DNA of 62,929 bases, filler included, from Reclinomonas americana ATCC 50394 (taxonomy: Eukaryota): NCBI GenBank assembly GCA_048213135.1. It is 12 parts of 12 records of this genome, joined end to end, with 100 filler letters (N's around TTAATTAATTAA, not from the genome) between each part and the next. Parts side by side here need not be neighbours in the genome. Positions count along the whole stretch, not along the records: positions 44,946 to 62,929 come from AFZH01021330.1; 11 more parts are not named here. One strand, 5' to 3'. Made by a program: the position numbers and the translations under genes. Below the pieces are notes generated by a model. It did not search any database, was not told where the DNA came from, and worked only from the letters and a program-made list of their open reading frames with translations. Numbering within the stretch: the stretch's first letter is position 1; each line of letters starts with the position of its first letter. Positions 50,499-62,929 of this stretch are shown in pieces.

Positions 50499-53400
50499 AT
50501 GATCGCGAGGGCGCGCAGTGCTCCTCCATGGCATCGACTCGTCGCTGTTCTCGAACGCCTGTTTCTCTCCCACTCGCTGTTCACGAACGTGGTAAGTATG
50601 CCCTGGAGCTCCCTCTCTCTCTCCCTCCCTCCCTCACTCCCTCTCTCTTACACACTCTCCTCCTCCCTCCCCGCTCCCTCTCCCCCTCCCTTTCTCACTC
50701 CACACTCCACCCCACAAACAGCGCTTTCTGGACGCCGTGTGCCTGTTGTGGACACTCGTCGCCTCGTTCGCCACGATCTTCTCGCCCTCTCTGTGGCCAG
50801 CTGCCGGCACCTCCGTGTTTGTCGGCGCTGTGCTTCTCCCGCAGGTTCGTTGTCCGCCTTCTTTTTTCTTCTCTACAAACGCCTGAAACGTGAAACAGCA
50901 CAATTTCTCGCTGTCACGCTTCCACACCGCCTTTGCGTATGCCACCATTTACGTGCTGCTGCTTGTTGCACAACTGTGGTGGGCATGCTATCGTCGTCGT
51001 CGCCGTGTGGAGAGCGGCAGTCGAAGTGTGTCGCTGGGCGACACACTGTTGCGATGGCAGGTGAGATATCAGCCTCGTTGTTGTTTGGTCACAGCACGGA
51101 TCAATGAAAATGACTTACCTCCACACAGTTGCTGCTGGTGGTGGGACCACTGCTGTCACCACTAGTTGTGCTGCTGCTGCGTCCCCTGCATTGCAACTTC
51201 ACGACGCTGCAGCACTTGTCGCTGGTGCTTGGCGAACATGCGGGTCATCATGTGTGGAGTTGCGTGCATCGTCGTCACGCACTGGCGACCTCTGTGGGAC
51301 TCACTGGCGCTGTCGCAGTGTGCAACGAGGCGACGAACCTCACTCTGGGGGTGGTGGGCATCTTGATGGCTGCTGTCGTGGGAGTGATTGCGACAGTGAT
51401 TCCACCATTGTTGCGCATGCGCCTTCCTGCCGTCGTCTCGTCACACACCGTCCTCATTGTGTGCCCCACAACAAAAGATCAATGGATTTCCGACCGAGCT
51501 CCCCACTGTGGAGTGCTGGCGTGCTGAGTGGTCGATTCGTGGCCGTCGTGAACGCCATTCGCCTGCTCCTGGCCGTGACGCACACATTCGCCGCCTTTCA
51601 TGTTCCCCTGTTGCACCTGGGTGTGGGCACTGTGGCATCGAGCGCGCTACTGTTCATGCTCTACACGTTTGTGCCGATGTATTCCACGGTGGCGTCGCGA
51701 GTGGCCACCGCGGCGTGTCTTGCGACACTCGTCGCCTCTCTCGGCTGCGCGGTGTGCGTGCTGGTGCCATCGGGCACCAGCTGGAGAAATCTGGTAGTGG
51801 TGGCCAGTGGAAGCGTGCTCGTTGCCGTGGCCACCACACTCCTGTTGATGCAAGTGCGACGGCGAAGTGTGCAGCGCTCCATCAGCTCGTACCTCGAGGC
51901 TGCACAGTCGCCGAGTGAACGGGGGCTGCTGTTTGCGGTGCGTTGGTGGCGCTGGTGGCGCGAACGCATCACCTTTGCCTTCCTGCGCCTCACCACCCAC
52001 TCCCACAGGTCGACCGCGAGTCACGATTGCCAGTGGGGCATGAACGAAGCTCCGAGGAGGTGGTGGACGAGGAGGAGCGCGAGTTGCTTGCTCGCCTCTT
52101 CCCTTCGCCGTGGGCTGTGGAGATCGCGGCGCGGCTCCCCCCCGACCACGTTCGCGAACCGTGGGCGCGAGCCATGGACTTGTTTGAGCTCGGTGCGTAG
52201 AGCCTGCCACAACCACGCAAACACCCTCCCTCACACTGCGCGCCAGGTACCCTGCAATTCGCGGCGGAGTCCGACACCACGAACGGGTTGATCGTGCGCC
52301 TGCTTCACGCCATTTACATGTGGAGTCACCAGACGGAGCTGCCTCAGGTGCAGAGCATCGTTGCCGAAGTCAGCGCACAGGATGCGGTAAGGCGAGTGCT
52401 GCCGTTCGACATGCGGCGTGTGATGCACGTCATGTCCACCTCCATGTCAGCTTCCAGCGCTTCCAGCGAAGCGCCTTCGTTTCGCGAGGCCTCGTATCGT
52501 TCGCGGCTCGCGGCCGTACACCAAGAGTGGTGCCAGTGCTTTGTGTTGTCGCTGGCGGCGTGGAAGCATCTGGAGTCTGGCAGAATGCGTCCAGGTCTGT
52601 GAAGCCTCCTTCATGTCACCCAGCTATCGTGGGGATAGTACTAACGAGAAGGGGTGTGTGCCTACGAGCAGGGGACCACAAACTCGTGTCGCTGTTACTC
52701 TCGCTGCGTGAGCAAGAAGAGGCAGTGGATCGTCTGTTTGTTGCGATGCTCGATGACTTTGCCGAGATGCACTGGCAAGCAGAGCTTCTTGCTTGGCAAT
52801 CGTCGGTCAGTACCTGTGATCCATTCATCTCCCTTTTCCACTCGGCGCTGAATGTGGACGTCGGCTGCAGTTTGTCGCCTCCGTACGAAACGATGCGGCC
52901 ATGGCACATCGTCTTGAGGTAAAATCGAATACTCTGTACCGGTTGCTCGAGACCCGCGTGGCAGAAGTAGGCGATGAGTCGGAGCGGCTCGCCTCGCTAC
53001 GCATGGCTGCCATGGTAAGCTGCTCTGTTGACGGTCACCGACGTTGACAGTTCCGTCAGCGACGCTAACTTTGCGTGTACTCTCCTCGCAGCGGCGGTTG
53101 CAGATGATCGCCAGTGGTGTCGTCAGCAGTGATCAGGCGTCCGAGGACGCGGAGTCGAATTATGTTGCCGAGTTCACCAGACTTGATGTGCAAAGTACGT
53201 GCTTGCTGTGTCTTCTGTTCTGCGTGCACATGGGCGGCGCTGACACGCAGTTGGGAATGGAGTAGTGCAGGCACTCGGAAGGCGACTCAGCAAGTCCACG
53301 CTGTCGCCGAATTCTGTAATGCCGTCGATGCGCACGCTGTACAGTCGACGAGACAGTCGAGGTTCGTCAGCGCGGTTCTGTCAACACACTGCCTCATCCG

Positions 53401-56400
53401 TCCTCACCATAGTGGCATCCAGGACCATCGTCACCAGAAGCCTCGGGTGCCGCTGCCGACTGGCTGTCTGCCACGGAAGAACCGAGCGAAAAGGACGCCT
53501 CATTTCGTGTGCCACCTCTGTCAGATACTGGCGATGCCGCTAGTTGTGATCAAGCCGATGATGCCAAGCAGGTTTATCCTACGCTGTTCTCTTCTCGTGG
53601 CTCGATGGCTGACACTGTCGCGATGCAGTCGCCGCAAACCTCGAGTGCTGGCGACAGCAAGTCCAGCAGCGAGGATTCGGTGTGGGAGCCAGTCACGATT
53701 CGCCAATCCAGTTGCGTGCGTGCCGCTATCAAGAGTTATCATCCTATGCGCCTCTAAATGCAGCGACTACAGCTGTGCCATTGAAGAGCGCACCACCGAC
53801 TCGCCGCTTCGCCGACCTCCCACAAAAGTGCGACTCGTATCGGCGAGCATACCCACCGACTCTTGCTGACCGCGTATTATTGGCAGGTCACTCTATCGTT
53901 GTCCAAGCACTCTGTCGAGTACCAGAGCTGGCACCCTCGGTGACAGTGCAAACTCACACATGTATCGCTCGACGATTATCTCCGAGCACGTTCGTATCAC
54001 CATTTCGATTGATTTGTGCTGCCCCGAATGACCAACTTGTCGCGCGCAGAACCCGACCATTGTGCGCGCCAGCTGGGCGTTGTGGTTGACGTTCATGGCG
54101 GTAATTATTGCACTGATCTTTGCTGCCATTGTTGCCAAGATTACCGTCAGCGATGTGTACCGTCGCCATGAAGACTACGAGAGTGTTGCCGATGCTGGGT
54201 GCGTTCTGCCTCCTCGCTCAACGGCCTCTGCCTGCTGTTCCTCGCCGCTAATTCGCCTGCGCACAGTGTGTATGCCACCATGGCCAGCGTCGCCGCTCTG
54301 CAAATGCACTACTATGCCAAGGTGGACTTGCCCTCGGGTTCCGATGCGCGAGTGCAAGAGATGCGTGCGATGATTCGCGACAATATCACCACTGTGCGAG
54401 AGTCGATGGACCTACTGGCTACCCAAGTGTTGCGTCCGTTTGGAGGGTTGGATGCTTGTCGTTCTTTGTTGCTCACCGCCTTCTCTTGTGAGAAACAGTG
54501 ACCAGTTCGACAACGAGTTTGCATTTGCCAACGTTTTCACTCTGTTGTTCAACTCGAAGACTGCGTATGCTGGACGCAAGCTGCAAATGCAATTTGACGC
54601 GGTGACAAAACACTATGATGATCTGATGGTTTGCTCCAATCTCCGGCTGCTCCATGTCTGTCGCTGTGACATCATCCTGCATTGCTTGCCTGCGTCACAG
54701 TTGTACGCACAACAGTCGTTCAAGAACGCCGGCACGCCGTCGCTGCAGATGCCAGCATTTGTGGAGGGCATGAAGAATGCCATCGGCAACAAGGAAGCGT
54801 GGTACGCAATCGCACACGAACTGGTGGATCACATTGTTGTCCGTGGACTGGAGTTGAAGTCGACGCTGTGGATTGAGATGGGAATTGTGACCAGGTGCGC
54901 CTTGCCATCTCTCCTCCTGTATCCCTTAGTCGCTCATTGTCCTCCAATTGCAGCGTCATTGGTGCTGTGGTATTTGGACTGTTGCTGCCGGCGGTGGTGA
55001 TGGTGCGCAACAAGCTCAACGAGGGACTGGCCACGTGCCGGCTGGTGCCGAAGAAGGAGGCAGCGCAAATGCGACAACAAGTGCAGGCTCAGTACCTGAA
55101 TTATCTGGACCTGTCGGACAAGGCCCGCAATGTTGAGTCGCCACGAGCAGCACTGTGATTCTGGCAGGCGCTCATTGTGTAATTTGTTATTCAGGGAGTG
55201 CATCCGTCGACTGTGGTCAACTCCAAGTACTTGCCCACACAATGCGTGCGAGCGGACATGCAGTTCCTGCACAGCCTGACCTTCCGCAGTGTGGTGGTGC
55301 TATTGGTGGTCATTGCCACCATCATGACGATGAAGTTGCGTGATATGGCAAAGAGTAGGAAAAGCCCTGCTGTACCGTGCTGCTTACACTGTGTGGCGTG
55401 CTCGTGCGCAACAGCTGGACATCGACAGAGATTGCCGCCACCACATCGCATGCCATGCGTACTGTGGACTTGCTGATGCAACGGACAGCAGACATTGATA
55501 CCATGGCGTTGGCGGTGTGGCAGCACACCACGCCGGACGGGTTGCTGTCACCGGACGACACGCTGGCGAGATTAGCAGATCAAGTGAGCAAAGCAGAACA
55601 GTCATCTGTGGCCGCACTGGCCGTGGTTGACAACGGTGGGCTGGATTCGGCCACCGACGACCTTGAGCACGCCATGTTATACAGTGAGCGATGTCGTCTG
55701 GAGGACCGTGCTGCCATTATGATGACCGAGCCGCGGTGGAGAGTGGATGTCGATTGTTTGCCGATGAACTCATTGGTAAGTATGTGAGTGGAAATGCATG
55801 ATAATGCAAGTGGTGCTTACGAGAGCACCGCAACAGATATCCGATGTTGTGGCTACGAGTCGCATTATTGTGACTTCTGGAACAGCTGGGGGATCCGTGG
55901 CGGTCGGCCTTCGCGACATGATATTTGCTGCGCATCCAGTGATTCACGAGTACCTCCTCCAGAGCTCAGATGTGCGTTTGAATACTATGAAATGGTTGAC
56001 GGTTCTGTCTTGCTCACCTCACCGTCCCTCACCACGTTGTACAGTTGTTCAAGACCTCTTTCGAGCGGTACTTGTACAGACTCGTGGTTCTTGGACAAAC
56101 GATGTTGGGACTGGGAATCGGCGTGACAGCGATTGGTTTCTTCTACTTGCTGGCTCCGTTGTTGCGCGTGTGCGACCAGGAGCTGCGGTACTTCAAGAAG
56201 TTCGTGGCTGCACTGCCTTCGGCCGCCATCAACTCGGTGCCAGAGTTGCAAAAGGCGCTTCTCCCTCGTTGCGTGACGGCTGGATGCCTGGTGATTCTTG
56301 TGTGAGGGTGAGGGATACTCAACCTGTGAATTCGTGTCGTGTGGTGGTCGCTGGCAGACTCGCTGCTGGTGTCGATTCAACTCAATCAGGAGTTGACGGC

Positions 56401-59400
56401 AAGTGAGCATGCGCTGCGAGATCTGACGTCCAGTTTCGTGGTTTTCGTGCCTGTAATTGTCTAGTATTCTCCGTAGCCACAGTCTCACCCGATATTGCGC
56501 AGGTGTTGGACTTGTGTTTACAACAGAAAAAGTGCGTCAGTGTTAGTGTTGGCGTTGTGCTATTATTGCTCCGCACGAGAAGATACTTATTCCCTTGGTC
56601 TGTGCAGCTGATCGTCGAGTCCGTCAACGCTTCATTTTCGCACCTGCTGGGCTACGCAGCTGACGAGATTGTGGGCCAGCACATCAAGGTACGACTTTCG
56701 TGTGTCTTCGGCAACACCCGTTTCTGCCAATCGCCAAACATTGTTGCTGCCGCGTAGACCATCATTCCACCATCGTTCCGAGCTGCGCACGAGTTGCTTG
56801 TCTCCAGACGGCTGAATCAGACACTCGGTATCCTGGCCTCCGAAGCTCCACCTCTCCGAGTCGACCGGCAAACGTTGGTGAGTGTGTGTCGAGTGTGCGC
56901 TGCTCGGCGTGCAGTCCGCTAACGCTTTTTTTCTCGAAAAGGTGCGACATCAAAATGGGACGGATATGCAAGTGCAAATCATGATTCTGGAGGTGACTGT
57001 GGGGCCTCGTCGTCTGTTTGCAGCGATGTTGCGAGATATTGCGAAACAAATGCAGGCGGCTGACACAAGTCGGCGTTCTGTGAATATGGTAACGATTGCA
57101 CAGTGATTCTTGCGTTCTAATCGTCACTCAGCACTGACGTTCTTCTTTGGACCCAGGTGACCTCCATGTTGTCCACCATGCCACATGCCGCCATTATCAC
57201 CGACGCCAGCGGCATGATCCACAACGTCAATGGAGCCGCTGTTGATCTGTTCGGATACGGCAAGCCCAGCGATCTTACCGGTCATCACATCCGCATGCTG
57301 ATGCCCGCACCACACTCGGAGCGACATGATTCGTTGCGTGATCTGATCGCTCACTCTCGCGGCTGCTGACCGCTGCTCACGCCTCGTGTGTGTGTGTGAT
57401 ATTGCACGAACAGATACGTCTCCTCGTACATTACGCGGCACCCACACAGTGCTGATATGAAGCACGGAGAGGCCAAGTTGCGGCGTCCGTCCACACATTC
57501 TCCATCCTCTGCCTGTCAAGGATCTCACACGCACACACACACGCGCAGATTCCGCGACGTGCAGGGACTGCGCAAGAATGGCACCGTGATTCCGCTCCGT
57601 TACCACACTGTGGATGTGACAGTGAACAGCCAGCGGTACTTTCTGGCAGTGCTGCACGACAATGTCAGCGAGGCACAAGTCCGAGCCGGCTACGAAGAGT
57701 GCATTGACCGATTCAGTGGCATGCTGTCGACCTCCAATGATGCAGTTGCGTTTCTGTGTCGGTCCGCTGAGAGTGCATTCAATTCACATCGCTCACCTGC
57801 ACGTGTGCGTGTGTAGATCTTGTGGGCCGACCACAATGGCATGATTCAATGGTGCAACGCATCCGTGTCGCGCCTGCTTGGCTACACGACCGAGGAGCTC
57901 ACTGGTACATGCTCGCCAGCTGTGCTCGATGCCGTGGGGTGATTTTTGAGACTCACATTTTCGTTGGGGAACACAGCCAATGGACATGCATCAGTGTACG
58001 ATGTGCTGCGGCCAGTGAGCACAGCCGAGTTGCAGAGTGGAGCAATCATGGAGGCGGAGCTGTGCCGGAAAGATGGACAACAGTTGCGTCATTGCGTGGA
58101 GATGGAATGACGGCATGTCATGACAAGAGTATGCGTTTTCAGAGTGCGGCTGGTGGTGCGCGGTATGCACACGGTGGAGGCTGGTGAAGTGCACACGATT
58201 GTGCGTGTTTCAGAGCCGAATGCGCAGTTGGTGCACATCCACAAGCAGGAGCAACACAATGACCGATTGCAGGAGGTACGTGCATGTGCCTCTTTGTGCG
58301 GTATTCGCGCGAACTCACACGGGCTGCTGTTACACAGCTGTTGCGCATGTCGTTCCCAGCGGCAGCACTGGACAAGATCACGGCGTTGTCGAAGGACGAG
58401 GCGCAAGCGATGTTGAGGACGGTGAGCTGTTGAGTTTCGTGTTTCCTGTGAATTCACGCGCTCACTGGAGAAGCAGGATATCGACGAGTCGCGATCACCG
58501 ATGTGCACCATGTTCGAGTATCACGAGGAGGCGACGTGCATCTTCATCAAGATGGTGTCGGTGCAGCGGGTGGTGCCCGAGAGTGGTGCGTGTAAATGTT
58601 GGATTATGCACGAATGGACAGCTGGCTGATTGTGAAAGCCATTGCTTGCAGGCGATGTCGTGGCCCTGCCGCTGGTCGACAAGATCTGTGTGTTGCATGA
58701 ATTGTTCACGGCATTTGATGCATTGGTGCGACGACACAATGTGGAGCGCGTGAAAACGATTGGTGAGTGCGGGCGACTGATGTTTGGGCATTGTTGTAAG
58801 CATCACCCTCATTGACAACGCGATCATGTGTGAAGGATCGGCGTACCTGGCGGTCTCTGGCATGTACGCGCCACGACACGACCACGCCACGGCGATCGTC
58901 GAGTTTGCGCTGGATTGCCGACAGACGATTCTGCGATTGAGTCGCGAGGTGAGGCGAGATGGAGAAGACGTGTGAATGGTGTGGTGTGCTTATGTGATAC
59001 GCTTCTCTTCCGGCTTCAGCGTGGACTGCAAATCAAGTTCCGCACTGGCATCAACACGGGTCCGGTGACCTCGGGAATTGTGGCGGGCCTCATTCGGACG
59101 TTTGATTTGTATGGAGGTGCGTGGTGGTGGATCGAGCCCACCCTGTGCGCCAGCTTTGCTCATCTCCTGCGCAGACTCGGTGAATGTGGCATCGCGAATG
59201 GAGAGCTCGGCGCCGTTTGGTCGCGTCCAGCTGAGTGAGGTGAGGAAGAGGAGGGAGAGGGAGAAGCACATCGATGCACCTGTGCTGATGTCGGGGTGAT
59301 TCTGATCGTCGTCGCATGCAGTCAACGAACCGCAAAACGCGCGGCTTGTTTGAACTGGAGACGACTAGCGTGGAGAGTTGCGTGCGATTCCCGTCGACAG

Positions 59401-59492
59401 CTGTGTTGTATCTCACTCACGATACGTGTTGCACAGTCAAGGGAATTGGATATGTGACGACGTTCCTGGTGGTGCCGCAGGAACAACAATAA
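50499..59492 (+). CDS. Large multi-TM, three-PAS, class III nucleotidyl cyclase-domain receptor (TmcB-like N-terminus)
   Basis: Many hydrophobic exons at 50.9-51.9 kb, 54.1, 54.9, 55.3 and 56.1 kb; PAS repeats at 56.6-58.2 kb; cyclase motifs VKTIGSAY, RTGINTGPV, FDLYG|DSVNVASRMES, VKGIG. Confidence 0.85.
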
Positions 59493-59542
59493 TGATAAAC
59501 TAATGATGTTTAGCGAACGACACGGTACGCTTTCTGCATTTT

Positions 59543-62500
59543 TCACAAGCCATACACGCGCCATGTTGGCGACTCTACCACTCCACCGGTCAAGCCGCGC
59601 ACCTCGTCTAGCATGTGTAGCACTGCGTCTGCGTCCTCGCCACGCACCCGAATTGGCTGCAAAGAGGAACAAGTGTAAGTAGCAACTCATCTCCTCAGCG
59701 AGACTTGCTTGAACAACGCACTCTGAATGTCAGTTCGCTGGCATGCTGACGGCACAAGGCAAGGAACATGTCCATGGCGGCTTGCAATGAAGTCGCCTCG
59801 GCACGACAACCAATCATGAGAAGCGCGAGACAGGTCCGCCCAGTGCATTCTGCGTCAAGACCACCGCAGTTAACGCCAGACACGGGGTACAGACATGTGA
59901 GCCTCGTCTCGCAAGCAAACCTTGTTGGTCCACCGATGGAATCAACTTGACGAGACCGAGTACGGCATTCTCCTCGTCGAACTCGCGACCCTTCTTGTGT
60001 CGCAACCGACGCACATTCTTGCGACTGGCCGACGACGACAAGGAGGTACTCGACGACGCAGAGCTGCGACTGACATCACTCATATCCGAGTAGGCGCTGA
60101 GATCACTAAACGCATCCGAGTGCGCATCATCACCGCCTCCATCCAAGCCATCTCGCGCCAAACCAGGAATACCTGCACGCTTTCATCAGTCACACGCAAT
60201 CAATCCGTGCATCGCATCTCCCTCACCGTGCAATCTTGCGTATTCACGGATCTTGCGCAGTCCGTCGAGCTTGCGCTCGAACCGCTCATGCGTGGCCCGA
60301 ATTGCTGCCTCCTGCGTCGGCGCAGACAGCCGGAGCGCTGGAACAATATTGACGGTGACAAGGTCTTCGCGACGCGACAGACGAGCCTGAATGAGGAGGG
60401 GGCGGAAGAAATGTGAGAAAAGGTTGGGGTTGCGGCGTCGGAGCAAATGAAAACATAGTCACCAATCGAATGGCTTCGAGCCACTGGCTGGCGCTCATCA
60501 ACATCTCCACCGCCTGCTCCGCGTCTTGCGTCCCGTCCACGAGCGCACGCGCAGCACCAACAATGTCACCGCGAGACTTGAGAGCCGCACTCTGCGTCGG
60601 TTGCAGGTCAGTCGTGCGACATCACAGGTGACACACATAGCAAAAAACACACACCAGCTGAGTAGCGATGGATTCTCGCCGCATGACTGCAGTGTCGCGA
60701 TCGCACAAATCGAGGGTGGCAAATGCCTCCGCCACCAATCCACCTTTGGCAAACGCCTCGGCAGCGTGGAGTGTCTGTGGTGGGACGCAGCCCAGGAAAA
60801 CTGCACCGGCATCACGGAATCGTCCCTGTCAACGTCACGCAACCAAGTAAGCCCTATTGCGGGTGCTCCGTAGTAGCATGTGCTTCTCACCACGAACCTT
60901 GTTGCTCAACTGCGCGCCGTAGCTCACCAGCAGTCGCTGCCGCACTCGTTGCTTCCACTCCTCCTCCGACGAAGCAACAAAGAGCTCATTGAGAGCAAGC
61001 TCGTGCAAATCATGGCCCTCTGCCAGGCGCACAGATGTATCCTCCTCCTCGGCGCCCGCGGCACACAGATTGCGCAGCGCACGATCGTAGCGTCCTGCAA
61101 CGTGAGAGAGAAAGAGAGAAAGAATGAGGAACGAGATTGCCAGATTAATCAAGATGCGCAGCTGTCTCACGCAACGGAGATGCATGTCGATGCGGTAGCG
61201 GCGCAGCGATTCGGGAACCGACTGCAGCTGACGAAGGAAAGGAAGGTACTCTTTCGGATCGCGCTGCGACTGCTGAGCCACCATCACAACCAGAGAGAAG
61301 TTGTAGAGGCCCAGCGCCACATTGTACAACACATCCACGTCCGACAGCACAATGAGGTACGCGAGGGCGGCTTGAGCGGCCTCCTTTGATTCCATCGCCT
61401 CGATGCGTTCAACTGCGTTTGTAGAGTGAGCTTCGTGAGATGCAGTGCGCACGGATCAATAACTATTAACCGGTGCGGAGAGCACTCTCCAGGTCGGGGG
61501 GTGACTGGCGTGCAAACGTGGTAATAATGGCGTGGCGGTACTTGATGAAATCCAGACGCTGAACGGTGTGTTGTCATGTCAGCATGTGATAACAAGGAGG
61601 CAGTGAATGGCTGTGGCTACCGCGTACCTCCATGGCCTCGCGGAACAGCTTGCACACGTGATTCACCTTGCCCGGGACGGAACCGGCGTTGGGGAGTGCG
61701 GCATCGTGGTGACCGAGAAATCTGAAGAGGGTCTTTGTCGTGTCTTCGTCGCGCAGCTGCGAGAGGAAGACGTTGAAGTTCTCAATGTCGTCGATCTGGT
61801 GGTGTAGGTGAGTGAGTGGTTATCCAGCACAGAAACGACAAATGCTGCACAGCCTGGGTTTTCGATTCACCTGTCGAATAAAGGCCTCTGGATCGGCATC
61901 GATCTCTCGCGCCGCGAGGTCGTACGCCACATTCATATCCACACGCTGCTTGCGGCAGAGCAGCAGCGCTGTGCCGTAGGCGCCTTGCCGTAGCGCCAGC
62001 TTGATGGCCAGCAACACCAGGGGTCGCGGATTGATTGCCTCCAAGTTGCCGCGAGGCATCTGCAGCACAACACGCGTGTGCACCGGAACGGCGCACACCA
62101 ACAGTGATCCACGCTCGACTTCGCGAGTAAACACCCACTCGGCGGCGTGCTCCTTGGTAAACTGCACAGCACACAGTCATGATGTGGGGAAATGGGAGGA
62201 TGGCGGCCACCACAAGTACCTCATCGAGAGTGGCGGCTACGGAGCTGGCCACAGGCACAATTCGCAACTGGTGCGAGTAGGTCGTGTAGAGCAGGAAGGA
62301 CTCGTGTACGGCAAACGAGGAGCACTCGGAGGAGACGAGGTGCGATCCAGCATAGAGCTGACCGCGCGCAGAGAGTCCCACCAAGCATTCTTCGCTTCCA
62401 AACTGCAATGCACGCGCATAGTTGTGGTGAGTTTTATCGCCCCACATAAAAGAGAGGCGGCAAGGCTCACCATCATGCAGCTCGTCTGTGGACACGGTTG

Positions 62501-62720
62501 TGGGAACTGCTGGTCGGGGGCCACCGCAAGCGCCGCAGCGCCACTCTCGCTCAGTCGTGCCGTGAGAATCTGGCCGGAGCGAGTTTGCACAAAGGTTCGA
62601 CCGGTGAACCAATGATGCGCAATGCTCAGCACGTCGTCCTTGGACGATGCGTCCGGTCGCGACAGTGTCGTGGTGCGCCCCGACAACGTGTCGAACTGAC
62701 GAAGCGAAGGATGTCAACAT
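59543..62720 (-). CDS. ELP1: Elongator complex protein 1 (5' part beyond window)
   Basis: REVERGSLLV, VLQMPRGNLEAINPR, RKQRVDMN, ALGLYNF, QQSQRDPKEYLPFL, RYRID, basic KKGREFDEE region. Confidence 0.95.
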
Positions 62721-62724
62721 TTGG

Positions 62725-62929
62725 AGACACACACACACATATATGTACACACACACACACACAGTCATTCACTCACACACATGCACACACAAACAGGCAC
62801 TCACACACACAAAGGAACACAAGCACACACTCACTCATACACACACACACACACACACACTCACTCACTCACTCACTCATACACACATACGCACACATGC
62901 ACACACACATTGGCACACACACACATACG
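62725..62929. repeat. CA/CACT-rich low-complexity tract (intronic)
   Basis: Imperfect (CA)n and (CACT)n runs to the window end. Confidence 0.85.

Overview
Eukaryotic (protist) nuclear scaffold, GC-rich and very gene-dense, with many short GT-AG introns (mostly ~45-90 nt) and the standard genetic code (TAA, TAG and TGA all end genes). Eleven 100-bp assembly gaps (44N-TTAATTAATTAA-44N) interrupt it. Gene models were spliced by eye and family calls come from recalled motifs, not database searches. Conserved genes: PDI-like thioredoxin, MTFP1, RUVBL2, TRPC4AP, SFT2, DCC-family oxidoreductase, NudE, mitochondrial GatB, PIG-H, BBS1, VIT-vWA (VWA5A-like), ChaC and ELP1. Together they suggest a flagellated, mitochondriate organism. 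Most notable items: (1) a ~9-kb multi-TM receptor cyclase with a FixL-type heme-PAS domain and a single cyclase domain lacking both metal-binding Asp residues (C2-like half-enzyme); (2) a tandem array of five signal-peptide FkbM methyltransferases with conserved 9-10-nt microexons and a hypervariable loop; (3) a 7.2-16.7-kb cluster of glycan-modifying genes (DUF4422/GT111-like, bacterial-type GT-A, intronless bacterial-type GNAT, two GT77); (4) co-directional genes only 44-59 bp apart, with a recurring RRTRAA motif after stop codons.
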